From Tubulanus polymorphus (lineage: Eukaryota > Animalia > Nemertea), in contig NC_134033.1 in NCBI RefSeq assembly GCF_964204645.1, positions 3,678,131 to 3,742,130 on the forward strand: a DNA stretch of 64,000 bases, in the 5' to 3' direction. Shown in pieces: positions 22,701 to 34,700 of the stretch (position 1 is its first letter; each line of letters begins with the position of its first letter). Both the position numbers and the translations under genes were made by a program. Under the pieces are notes generated by a model, which saw only the letters and a program-made list of their open reading frames with translations, did not search any database and was not told the origin of the DNA.

Positions 22701-25700
22701 GATATTTGTATTGTGAACTTACTAGTGTATTTTGTAGTTCTATGACTGATAATTGTGAATCAGTAGATTGTGATCTTTGCTGCTGTTGGTCCTGACAGCA
22801 GACGGCAGTTTCGTGGAGAGAACGGAAATCTACTCGTTCGTCATTCTGCGTGAGTAACACTAAATCTAGGAGAGGAAAGTATCAACTAATCTCAAACATA
22901 TCGATTCGACGAATCTACGCGGTTCGATTCTATTCCCGTAAATTCAACGACGGAATCAATTTTTCGCTTACCCGTATTTTCCCGCGACGCGTACGATGAT
23001 TTCGACTCGGACCAGTCGATACCGGCGCACTCCGGTGGCAGCGACGCCAACTCGGTGCGTCGGTTTTGTTTCAGTAATAGGCGGTCGGCGTACGATATGT
23101 TCGGATTGTGAAATACTATTTCGTCGTCGCGTCGACGTCTCGGCGAGGATGACGTCTGCTCGGTGTTACAACCTTCGTCTATACTCACTACTACAACGAA
23201 TAGTTCCGCAAACGTTTAACCCTTTCGGTGCATCTACATCACAGTGCGATGTATAAATCGGTGGATTTGGCTAGTACACCGCTAGTACATTATGGTGTAT
23301 TGGTTTAATAAGTAATCCTAAATAAGTTCCTACCAATAGCAACGGCTAATTCAATTTTTTGCAACCGAAATATATGGCCCGAGTAAAAGTGCTAATATGG
23401 TGCAGCACGCCATACAGAGGTATTTATTGTTTAGCAGAAGACTGTCTGCTTTCATTATAAGTAGCCACTGAAGTAGCCATGTCTATAGATCAAATCACAA
23501 ACAGGCAATTTGATGTCATAGGGGGATTTAAAAGGAAGTAGCCATGTTTATAGATCAAATCACAAGCAGGCAATTCGATGATGTCATAGGGGTAATCAAT
23601 AGAAGTGGCCATGTCTATAGATCAAATCACAAACAGGCAATTTGATGATGTCATAGGGAGATTTAAAAGGAAGTAGCCATGTCTATAGATCAAATCGAAA
23701 ACAGGCAATTCGATGATGTCATAGGAGGATTTACAGGAAACAGCCATATTCAGTTTTAACAACTCACCGGGTGATTTAACAGGTGAAGCGACTCGGCGGT
23801 GAGGGGGGACAGTCCGTTGATCTTGTTTTCGACCCGCCCCGCGCCATTCGGCGATGGCGCGTTGAAAATCAGCGGCGCTTTCCTGTTCGTTATAACCGGG
23901 TCCGTCCCACAACGACCCACCGGTAAAACCATTCTATAGAAAAACACAAAAAATTTACACATTCGTAATAGACATTCTTCAACTTATCTATGAAAAGTAT
24001 CTAAATCTTAGATCTCAGAATTCATTGGATCGCCTTTGAAACTGATGTATGCAATTGAGTTCTGGGGCCAGTATCACGAAAAAGTTCAACTCAAATTTTT
24101 GATTAAATTTCTATTTGGTTGAATCACATTGTCACCTACAAATTGAATTAAAACGATTTTAGGATAAGCTTAAACCATTTTATGAAATTGAAGCCCGCCG
24201 TGAATTAAGTACGGTAAGCATAATTATGCTGATTTTCAAGGCCGAATCTACAATGGGTTTAAGTAAAGACTGGCAACACAAAAGAGGCGTATGTAAATGG
24301 CTGAAGTCAATCGCTGGGGCTGGATTTACAAACTGGCTTAAAATCTAACCTGGGGTTCATTCAATTGACTCGAGCTAGTAGTTTATTCGATGGTCTTACT
24401 TCAACCTAATACCGGTAGTCATCAATAAATATTCAGTTATTTATTCATTCTTAGCGTGCAGGGATTTCCTATATTTTTGTTACAACATGGACTCAGAGTG
24501 TCTCAGTAATGGTTATTGTGAAGACAATATTTACCTGTTGAGTTTCAATTGAAGTTTGTTGTTTATTGTTAGACGTCTGCTGATGATTAGATTGCTTCTG
24601 CTGCTGCTGCGTCGATGGAGGGTAAACTCTCTGACTATTGTACTCGATGTGTAACTGAACGTCGGAACATTTCACAGCTGTCAAATCAGAATTGCCATCA
24701 TCGCCACTGCGGTGGTTGCCATTTTCTGCTGAGGACCGAGGCGTTTTAACGCGAGGTCCATTTGCCTGTAAACAGATACAATAGACTGGTTACGATGCTA
24801 TTAATTAAATCAACTACTGCAGCTATAAAGGATTCTGCTTGTGGCAAGTGAGGATCCACCAGGTGTCGCTAGTGTGCAATAGGGCATCAACTACTGTGGC
24901 AGTAGAGGATACCACTTGTGGCAAGTGAGGATCCACCAGGTGTCGCTAGTGTGCAGTGGGACATCAATTACTGTGACAGTAGAGGATTGCACTTATGGCA
25001 AGTGAGGATCCACCAGGTGTTGCTAGTGTGCAGTGGGACATCAATTACTGTGACAGTAGAAGATTCCACTTGTGGCAAGTGAGGATCCATCAGGTGTCGC
25101 TAGTGTGCAGTGGGACATCAATTACTGTGACAGTAGAGGATACCACTTGCGGCAAGTGAGGATCCACCAGGTGTCGCTAGTGTGCAGTGGGACATCAATT
25201 ACTGTGACAGTAGAGGATACCACTTGCGGCAAGTGAGGATCCACCAGGTGTCGCTAGTGTGGAGTAGGACATCAACTACTGTGACAGTAGAGGATTCCAC
25301 TTGTGGCAAGTGAGGATCCATCAGGTGTCGCTAGTGTGCAGTGGGACATCAATTACTGTGACAGTAGAGGATACCACTTGTGGCAAGTAAGGATCCACCA
25401 GGTGTCGCTAGTGTGCAGTAGGACATCAACTACTGCAGCAATAAATTTCATTTGTGGCAAGTGAGGATCGAAAAAAACCTATTTGCCCCGAGCAACTTTA
25501 AGTCATGGCATTTGGTGGTAGGTAAGCTAATTTACATGCAAGAATTGAGGCACTTACATGGAGCGGAATGGACCGATGCTTACGCAGCGCCCCCTTCAGG
25601 TGAAACGAAGCGAAACATGCGCTGCAATATTCTTCGGAACATTCTTGACAAACCTGAAAACAGAGGAAAAAATTTCGGGAATTTTCCGTAACGAAAACTT

Positions 25701-26712
25701 TTACGCCGAATAAAGGTAGAATCATTCCCTGAACTTACCACCGCTGCCCCCTTGCGCTCGCACTGCCCACATTTTGGGCCCTTGATTTTATTTTTCGGAG
25801 GCGAAGGGTCCATTTGGGCGATGTGGGCGAACGTGCCCGGCTGGGCCGGCGCTGTCTTCTTCAGCGGTTTCACTACAATGAAAATACGAATCAAGATCAG
25901 ATAATTGTTTTATTCTCAAAAACTGAAGTGTAGGTAGATTTTCCTTCCTAGGTTCCTTTTCCTCATTTCAGTCACCGAAATATGAATTAAGGGCAAGTAA
26001 TTTAGAATTTCTCCAAAAGATTTAAAGTAAATTTCTAAATCTAACACCCAACTCACCATTTTTTTCATCCTTCAAGATCTTTATTTTTACCGCTTTATTA
26101 GACTGAAATCAAATTAACAAAAAAAATAGAGAAAATAGAAATATTTATCCGAAAAAAAAATCCAAAAAAAACTGACAAAACATCATACAAACATTTAAAG
26201 AAAAAATGCACAAAATTTCGGCTTTTAACGAGGTGGTTTAGAATTCACAACAAGGAGAACACCGACCTTTTTCTCTTTGTTCAGGACATTTTTCGGATGG
26301 TTCGCCAGAGGACCCGGTTTTCCCGCCGACCAAAACATGCCGCCTTGTTTCCTGAATTCGAGAAAAGGAAAAAGATTTTAAATGTTTTCGATAATTTTCT
26401 TTTTGTGCGATCGAACTGATCCCGATTCCGACTTACTCCCGTTCCTCTTTTTCACGAGTCATGGCGATCTTCAATTCCATCAGCCGTTGCTCCAAGCGGT
26501 TCGTGTCGTCCTCCAGTTTCGCCGTTTCGCTTTTAGAATGGCGCACATTTCTAGAAAAAAAAAAAAGGAAAAACAATTCATACCGAATGCAAAAAATAAA
26601 TCTCCAAATTTCGCAAATTCGAAAATAACGTTTTATTCGCAAACACTTACTGGACTTTAAGTTTCATGGAGAAATCTTCTTTACGCGTTGAAAAATTGTT
26701 GAACCCAGACAT
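16763..26712 (-). CDS. ZBBX: Zinc finger B-box domain-containing protein (ZBBX-like), ~906 aa, 18 coding exons
   Basis: Exons 26712-26651, 26550-26437, 26351-26267, 26102-26057, 25872-25739, 25653-25558, 24765-24535, 23933-23768, 23190-22972, 22865-22723, 22153-22071, 21614-21258, 20872-20661, 19800-19590, 19226-19018, 18307-18170, 17534-17387 and 16829-16763 total 2721 nt with consistent phases. The N-terminal coiled coil (..[16 protein letters not shown]), the B-box [38 protein letters not shown] and the [18 protein letters not shown] motif match recalled ZBBX features. Confidence 0.9.
17574..18047. repeat. Minisatellite, 109-bp unit x ~4.3, ZBBX intron 16
   Basis: tgaac at 17581, 17690, 17799 and 17908. 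Inverted family copies at ~11090-11570 and ~19365-19500. Confidence 0.95.
18498..18661. mobile_element. Small MITE (GGGTCATT.ATTTATTACGTACGCAT termini)
   Basis: ggggtcatttatttattacgtacgcat ... atgcgtacgtaatagatgaatgatccct are inverted termini. Confidence 0.65.
19865..20510. repeat. Minisatellite, 56-bp unit x ~11.5, ZBBX intron 13
   Basis: The unit ccctcagtaacatctttcatatttctgctcaaattaatcagtaatcaacagtaaga repeats. Confidence 0.95.
22250..22700 (-). repeat. 77-bp-family minisatellite (reverse orientation), ZBBX intron 10
   Basis: cactagcgacacctggtggatcctc recurs about 5 times and is the reverse complement of the 24810-25470 array. Confidence 0.9.
23460..23750. repeat. ~61-bp-family tandem repeat (gatgtcatagggggattta...)
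   Basis: Related copies at 21640-22000 and, inverted, at 46140-46250 and 46920-47280. Confidence 0.8.
24810..25470 (+). repeat. Minisatellite, 77-bp unit x ~8, each with a CTCF-like core, ZBBX intron 6
   Basis: gtggcaagtgaggatccaccaggtgtcgctagtgtgcag recurs at 77-nt spacing from 24841. Further copies at 55705-55955 and ~57628. Confidence 0.95.
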
Positions 26713-29700
26713 AATTTTGTTCTTCCTAAAAAAGGAATTTTTCAGAAAATAATAAAATTGATCAGAAAAACTATTCAGAACCTAGTTTCGGTTACCCTCC
26801 TAAAAATCCTCTACACCTACGATATACAAGTGAATTACGGTATACAATCCGCGATTCCGATGTACCCTATTACGCATGCTCGTACTTTGAATGCAAAATG
26901 GCGGCTTTTTCAATTGGATTCAGGGTCTAGAGGGTCCAGAGGTTAGGGTCCGGGGGGTTAGGGTCCAGAGGGTCCGAAGAGATAGGATTAGGGTAAGGTG
27001 AGGTACTATATCTTGTTAAAACATTCGGTTGGTTTTCAGCGAGCTCGGTGATCTAGTGGGACGACGCTGCGCTAGTTATTTACTGGCCCGGGTTTCGAGT
27101 CTCGCTCTATCTGCTCTATTTTCTCTAACTCTGTTCTCCACACTTTCCTTGAATTTTCGCGCACCTCAGTGCGCATGCGCGGCGGAAATCAGCCAATCAG
27201 CGACGATGTACGGTAAAATAGGCGGAAATAAACATTCTGCCTCTGCTATATACCGTAAAATATTCATCAACATGCTTCTTAAAATCTCCGAAGAAATCTT
27301 TGAATCTGGTAATTTTTTCCCCCAAAAAAAATTTCACTTAGGCCTACCCTGGTTTATTTGTCTAAATTCGAAACAATGCGACTTATTTTTAGACAAATAT
27401 GAAATAGTTTTCGTATATGGACGGGTTTTTGCCAGACTAACTGACAGATTTTTATGACATTTTTGATTAGGATGAATTTCAGACTTTTTCGCAGATTTAT
27501 ACAGAAATCAACCGATCCAAAATGGCAATCTAAAATCTTACTTAGTTTCTCTAATAACTGGATACAAGTCTACGGCGCGTATCCTAGAGATTTTTGGCGA
27601 AATTCGACATTTTGGGCGGTTGTCAACCCAAACAAATCAAAATATTTATTTCCGGGTTCCGAAGACCGGGAGGTGCTGCCGCCTACCGTGACAAATACAA
27701 ATGCAAATAATCTTTATTGAACCGAGCAATACAAGATCGCCGGGCCTTCGGAATGATGACATTGTGATCATAGAGTAAGAAATTTCAAAAATTATCTAAT
27801 TTATTGATAATAAGACACGCATTTAGCCACCACCTGTTCAATAAGCTTTCGGTGGTGAGTAGAGTTTCATGTCCGGGTTCAAGTATCAGCAAGCCACGCG
27901 GGAGCCAGTCTCGGAGACTCCCCAGAGCGGAACCGGGTACATGGACGATCAGATGCCTCACCATTCGCTATTGATCATATTGGTGGCCCTAAAATAGATT
28001 TTAAATGACAACATAAACCGTGTCTTTGGGCCTCAGGTGGTGGATGCTTTGACTTTCTCTTTTATTTTCTGCCAATCTTAAATTTCTTTTTTTCACGCGC
28101 ATGTAACATCAAATCTTTATAGACAAACAGTTAAAGAATTGTGAAAAAAAATTAGAAAAAATGCTGTCAAAGCACACAGCTATTCCATTAAGAATCGTGT
28201 CCGTTGTGTTGTTGACCATGACTTACTGAAGCACAACGGTATTTATTTTCGCACACGACAATTTAGTTCAAATACGAGAAAAAAACCTTTCATGATACAG
28301 GTTAAAACATGATGCATACGTCTTTTTTTGAGATAGAAAAATCTGCTGATGAGTTTTTAACTTAGTTTAATGCTCTCATTGCAAAATTTGCTGCTTCTCC
28401 TCATCGCCATGATCAGTCGTGACCAAGCAGGCAATGTCCGATGTACGACGTCGGATTTTGGTAACGTCACGACATTATCAAAAAGTGCCGAATTGTCCCG
28501 TCGTAAGTGACGCAAGACCGACGTCACGACATTGAAAATTATTTTTCAACATCTTTCTGCATACCCGGTAACTTCTGCACCGTAATTTCAGTTAACGTTG
28601 AGTCTTGAGTTGTGTCGTAATCAATGAATCAACCAAAATCCGGAAAAGAAATAACTCTGACCCATTTCGGGGACCGCGCGGTAAAATCAGTCCGAGGTAA
28701 ACGAACTCCGAGTGATTGCGGATCGAAAATTACGTCAGGAGACGAGAATACTTTTTCGAACAAAGATCGAGTAAGGCGAGGTTTCTCTTCAGAAAGGTAT
28801 CATACGTTTAATGAACGTCCAAGGAAAACGTAAAGAATAAATTATTGTTCTGTTATTTTGGTCGAGTCATAAACCAGAGTTCCCGCTGTAAGCCTTTTTG
28901 ACCAGGTTCCAGTTTCACGAAAAAGTTAAACTCAAATTCAAATTTTTGTTGTAATTGCCATTGGTTACTTCATGTTTTCAATGAGGACAATAATTCAAAC
29001 TTAACCATTTTAAGCTTAAACTTGTTCATGAAACCGAATCCAGGCCCCGATATATATAGTTTGTCCGTAAAGTTAATGATTCTGGAAAGGACTAACTCGC
29101 TCCCGACTAAAGGCCATCGCTGATCCATACGTAGTCCGTTACATTCCAAGTCCAAAATTGGTCCGAGTTCAAAATCTTAAGACTGGTTTTAAGTTGTTAC
29201 GGAACAAAGATGGCAAGAATAAGTCTTGAAAAGTCTTTAAATCGTCTTAAACTACTCGACTGCGTAGTTGGACCAAGGGGCCAGTAATTCAAAGGTTGGT
29301 TACGTCTTGGTGTAATCATTTGACAAGCGTTGACTTGAGGTGAAATAAAATGATTAGGTAATCACTTTGGCATTCATCCAATGTTTAACCTAAACGAACT
29401 CCCGAGCTCCTGGACAATTTCAGTATAGCCATGAATTTATCTACTATGTCATGAGGGCGGATCCAGGAATTTTGAATAACGGCCGAAAAAATCCGGGGCC
29501 TAGTCGTACACGTGTACTTGGTACATGAACGCGACACCTTTTTGGGCCCCAGAGGAAATTGTTTAAAAGTAGATTATTTTTAATAAGAGGGGTTGCGCAC
29601 AGGAGGAATAGAAATTGACCATTTTCTAAGCATCTAGAGTGATTCTAGAACAAAATTACCGGCAAGAATTTGCCACTGTATGTAAGTGTTTACTTTCATA

Positions 29701-29847
29701 AGCCAGGTTGTGAATATGTTATCTAACTGATTCTATCGTTTGTATCGTTTTCTCTTCTCATTCTAGCGAGTGCGGCATCGATGATCGGTCACCAGGGGGC
29801 GCCACGTTATCCAGATGGTTTTAGTGATTAAGACATCCGATAACTGG

Positions 29848-30798
29848 TTATTTGTTCGTATTTCTACAGCGGATTTTCATACAGAAATATTCACGAATTT
29901 CTCGTCCTAATAAAAGATATACGTAAAAATTTACCAAATAATTACAAACTTGAAACTGAGCAAAAATGTCATACAAAAAATCTGTCTGTTCCGGTGAGAT
30001 CGGTAAAAATATGGTAATAGTGGATGGAAGTGTAAATATTGCGAATGCGAGTGAAACTGTTACAAGCATTATTGTCGTACGTTTTGATTTTGTCGTTTTC
30101 TGATCGGACGAAACCAGTTTTGAACCTCTGAATAACTGAATTATTATAACAGAATTTGATGTCATGATAAAAGTCAATGGTACAAGATAAGAGTGAATGA
30201 CAAATATGGTGAAATATCTTATTTGGTCAAATAATTCATAGTAACACCCGAAAGACTGGTCGGTAAAATGTATCGACAAAGCCGGTGATAGATATATCAG
30301 CAGTATATTTACTGCAGTAATTATCAATATAACAAATCTAGCGAATCTCGGTGTACATATCAAACGAGATGTGAACGGGAAGAGCACAACTGCCGCGCGT
30401 TCTAGAGATATCGCTACTATCAACCACGAACTATTGCTTATCGCAAGCCCCATTACAAATTCATAGATTTGACAACTGATCGATGAATTCATGATGAATG
30501 TAGGACCGACGTTTGGATGTAACAGAACAAACTGTAAAACAGGCATAAGTGTACAATTGGTACAGTACATGGAATCACTGAGAGACAAAACGATCAGATA
30601 GTTAGCGTAAGATAAACTGCGGAATCTGCGACTTATCATTATCAGGAAAGTAGCCGAATTGCCGAACGCTCCGAAAAAGAAGAAAATAGGCAGAGTGACC
30701 AATGACACTGTACGGTAGCTTCCATACCTGTTCACCACAGACATGAGGATGATGTAACTGTCATATGTTCGACCGATATGTATGCCAGTTGTATTCAT
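29848..30798 (-). CDS. Intronless rhodopsin-family (class A) GPCR, FMRFamide-receptor-like orphan, 316 aa
   Basis: Seven hydrophobic segments with GxFGN (TM1), YLxxLSxSD (TM2), ISLER (TM3), FAIFTLP (TM6) and VNFYVY (TM7, NFxxY variant), plus Cys residues at the top of TM3 and in ECL2. Confidence 0.92.
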   Translation of the reverse strand: MNTTGIHIGRTYDSYIILMSVVNRYGSYRTVSLVTLPIFFFFGAFGNSATFLIMISRRFRSLSYANYLIVLSLSDSMYCTNCTLMPVLQFVLLHPNVGPTFIMNSSISCQIYEFVMGLAISNSSWLIVAISLERAAVVLFPFTSRLICTPRFARFVILIITAVNILLIYLSPALSIHFTDQSFGCYYELFDQIRYFTIFVIHSYLVPLTFIMTSNSVIIIQLFRGSKLVSSDQKTTKSKRTTIMLVTVSLAFAIFTLPSTITIFLPISPEQTDFLYDIFAQFQVCNYLVNFYVYLLLGREIREYFCMKIRCRNTNK

Positions 30799-31717
30799 GA
30801 TTCATGAGGCTCAAAATCTAAGTCGGTCTGTCCGGGTGTACGGAGAGTATTAATGTGTTCACTAGAACATCTTTTCGCATATTGGAAGATTAATTCAACT
30901 TTATTATATAAAAGTAAATCGCTAGGGTCTTTATTACAGCTGCAACTCATTCGTTGAGATTTATTGTTAACAGCAAACGGAAAATCAATATCAGAAATTT
31001 AACACAATTTACTCAGTTTCAGTGAGAATTGATTATCATTTGAAATATAAACGAAACTGATTAATCAATTTTCACTGAATCTGAGTAAATTGTGTTATAT
31101 GTAAATATCCATTGTACAAGAATTCAGCGTAAATCGCGAAATATCTCATCAAGATATATATTCTTTGTGAAGAGGTTAACCGATATTAATAACAGACCAT
31201 GAGCTTTCAAAGAACTTGTTTCACTGTCCGGGGAGCGACGCTGTAACACCTACGTACCCGACGACAAGCTTGGCTTTAGACGATTCCCAACAACAGTGAG
31301 CAAACAACAATAGAAATATATTATTCATTAGATATGACATACACCGCAGGCTAGATCTAGGGCTCTTCAAACGTATCGGAAAACATAAACTTTACTTTCA
31401 TACTCTATTAAACCATACAATCTAAAAAATTGGAAAAGATTACATGAATTGAAGAAAAAATTGAAAAAAGTTTTTGAAGCAATTTTTAGGGCACTTGAAG
31501 ATTCTAGGGGGAATTTTCCTCAGATGTTTCCTCAAAGGAAAATCTTTACAACGAAAAAAGGAATAAGAAAATGATTATAGAAAATTCTGCGAACAAAGGC
31601 GTCAATAAACTTTCAAATTAGTTTTCCTGTTCTAACTGGCTCCTGTGGATAAAGTTCCTTAGTTGTGAGTTAGATTTTACAATAATCTGAATCAGTTCCT
31701 TTTCTCAAAACCCCGAA

Positions 31718-34700
31718 CTATTTTGTGCTCCAGAAGTCGATGCCGTCGTGGCTGTCGTCAGCGTTCATTCCGTCGTCTAGTGCAACAGTTTCACGCCCGG
31801 TTATTTCCGGCTGTTTATGTAAACATATATTCGGGGAATAGCTGAAGAAGGTATCAAAACACAATTCGGGTAAAATCTCCTCATTTACCGCCGCTATTTT
31901 ATCGGCTTTCTTTATGAGCACCGATCCGATGTAGTCCATCATGAGAGCGCGAATGCTGTTCCTACAACCGATATACAGGTCGGATAGGCGCGGGAGACTT
32001 TCGATTAATTCGACGATTAGTTCGACCGATATCGTGTCTTGCGTTTCGATGGCGTCATCGTCGAAAGAGACTCCGAGAAATCCGTCCAACTTCAACCGAC
32101 GAAGCGACGAGGCGTTTTTAAGTTGTCGTAAGATGGCGTCGTGCTGTTCCGTTCTGTCGATACCTTTCATTCTATTCATACCGTGAATCAAGCTTATAAC
32201 AACCACTTCTTGCAGCTCATTCGCCACATCTGACGATAGATACCGAACAAGCGCGTCGCCATCAGCTTCTGAGCGCAAGTATACCGATAATACAGTCAGC
32301 CGCGGTATTGGACCTAGAATGCGGCCTATTTGTAGATTATATCCTCTAGCGGCGAGATGCTTTAGTTTCGGCATCGAACCGACGCTGTCGCTGATTTCTG
32401 TCCACTGATTCGTCGTTAGTCGGTCCAGGTGAAGCTCGATCGTTTCGATCGGCGAAGTTTTTAAGGCGCCGTTGAAACTTTTCAATTCTTCGTCGGTCGA
32501 ATGTCCATCGAACAACCGCACGCCGTTAGGCTCGTGTATGCAGTCGTCTCGAAGACGAAGGCTTTTTAATCGCGGAATCAAGTTTGTCAGCTCTCCGATT
32601 ATATTTTTGTTCGCAGTTGCCGAGTAGAGAAATAGATGCTTTAAGAACGGATAGGATTTCTGAATATCGCCTGAAAGTTTCGCTCCTAAAGCCGGAGTTT
32701 TAATAAACAGACTTTCCCCTCTATTTTGCAAGGTAGTAACACAAGTCAACTGATCTTCATCTTCATGTGAAATCGCTTGACTCGTTCCAATCCATTCACA
32801 ATCGACTTTCTCGTAACGTAAACCGAAGTTGATTTCGTCTCTCCAAACAAACCAGTTCATATTCTCGCTCTTCCGACACAAAGTCAAGTATTGGTCATAT
32901 TTGTTTAAAGACGACGAATGCCACGGGTCCCTAACATGGAATATCACACCCTGGACGCTGGCGTTATTCGCTATGGCTGTTACTAATGGATCAAGGTATT
33001 CGTCAGGGCATAATTCGTCGGGTTCCAGTTCGTCACTTATAATAAGAAACCGATTCATTACGTAAACTACCTCGACTCGGCATCGTTCGTGTTCGAGTAT
33101 TTTCGCGAGCGTGTTTACTTCGAATCTGTATTCGGGATCTACGATTAACATTTTCCAGATGTAGTGAACGATTTCGCCGATGGCGTCGTCCGGACAGTCG
33201 GCTTCATCTAGGTAGAGTAACAACTGATTAGGTAACCAATAATAACTTTCGGATCGGAGTTCGACGAAGCGTTTGTAATCGGGGATGAGCGCCGGCAGGA
33301 AGCTATCTCGACGGTCGAATATATTCGCGAAAACTGGCTCATCTTTTAGGACTGCTTTTAAGTCCTTATCTATCAAAGTCTTGAAAAGTTCACCGAGGCC
33401 GCGGTTATGCTTGTAACGATGCAGCAGCCCTGCCATGAATCTCGGGTATAATTCACCATACTTTTCAAGTTCGCCCGTTAGTTGTTCAAACGCGCAATTA
33501 TTCCACGGTGTTTCGCCAATTTCGTTGAATTGCACCACCGAGTGTACCGCCGCCAGAAATTCTTGCACAGATTTGTTAATGAATCGTAGCTGGACGGAGC
33601 GGTCCGATTTCTGTCGCGGCGACATCTCTTTGCACGTCAAAGCCGTCATCTTCGATTCGTACGGTTCGAGACGATTTTCGCTGAAGCTGTTTTGACGCTC
33701 GATGAGCGTCTCGTACGCAACCTTACAAATTTGTGTAAGCGCTTCCGAATGTTCGATGTCACCGAAAAAATGATTCTTCGACACCTTGATGCCCTCGCGT
33801 TTACTGATCAGAAAACATGTCAAATCGATGTAGATATCGGTGAGTTTGGACGGGACCGTAATTTCTTCCTCGTCCATATAGAGAAAACTAAACATATGTA
33901 GTATCAGCGGGTTGTAGTAGATATGTTTGGATAAAGGTGATTCTTTGTTACTAAGCGTTTCAAATAGCTGTTCTGCATCGCGCTCGGGGAAATTTCTCTT
34001 CATGATATCGATGACTTCTTCTTTTTTGAAGCCGGATATCGATACAACGGTGAATTCGGGATTGTTGACGACCATGTTACCCCCGGACTCACGTGTTGTT
34101 ATGACGATAGGCGCTTTTGATAATTCATTAGTCACGCGTACGATGTCTTCCTTCGCTTTATCGTTTTTTAACTCGTCGAAGCCGTCCAGAAAGAATATCG
34201 CTTTTTCTGCATTTTCACGTGCGAATCTCTTAAAACCACCGAACGACAGGTCCTTTTTGATTTCTTGACTTACAAGGTTTTCGAAAATGTACTTATAAAT
34301 GCATGCGTTATCAGCAGGCAGATCGTTTAGCGGTATATAGAATAACATAGGAAACCCCTTCAGAAACTCCGTCGGTGAGCCCGTCCATCTTAAGACCAGA
34401 TTGATTATCTGGGTTGTCTTACCCATACCGGGCTCGCCAACGAGGCACACGCGATTCGCATCCCGCTGGCCATAAGTAAAAAGCTTCTCGAAATCATCGG
34501 GTAAAATCACTGATTGTTCCTCGCTTTCTTCATATCTCAGCGGATTTCGGGGTCGAATTACCGCGTATTCTCTGGTGAAGAAGTCGTGGAAATTGATGAA
34601 TTTATCGCTCCACCAAACCTCTTTGTAATATTCAACATCGATCATTTGTTCGTACGTTTCTTCCAGACATTTCCGAATTTGAGTGACATCTGTAAAATGA

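Noticed and set aside
26780-26800. RFX X-box in the ZBBX promoter
   Set aside because: Only a partial match (gtttcggttacc), which cannot be supported without a PWM scan and TSS data.
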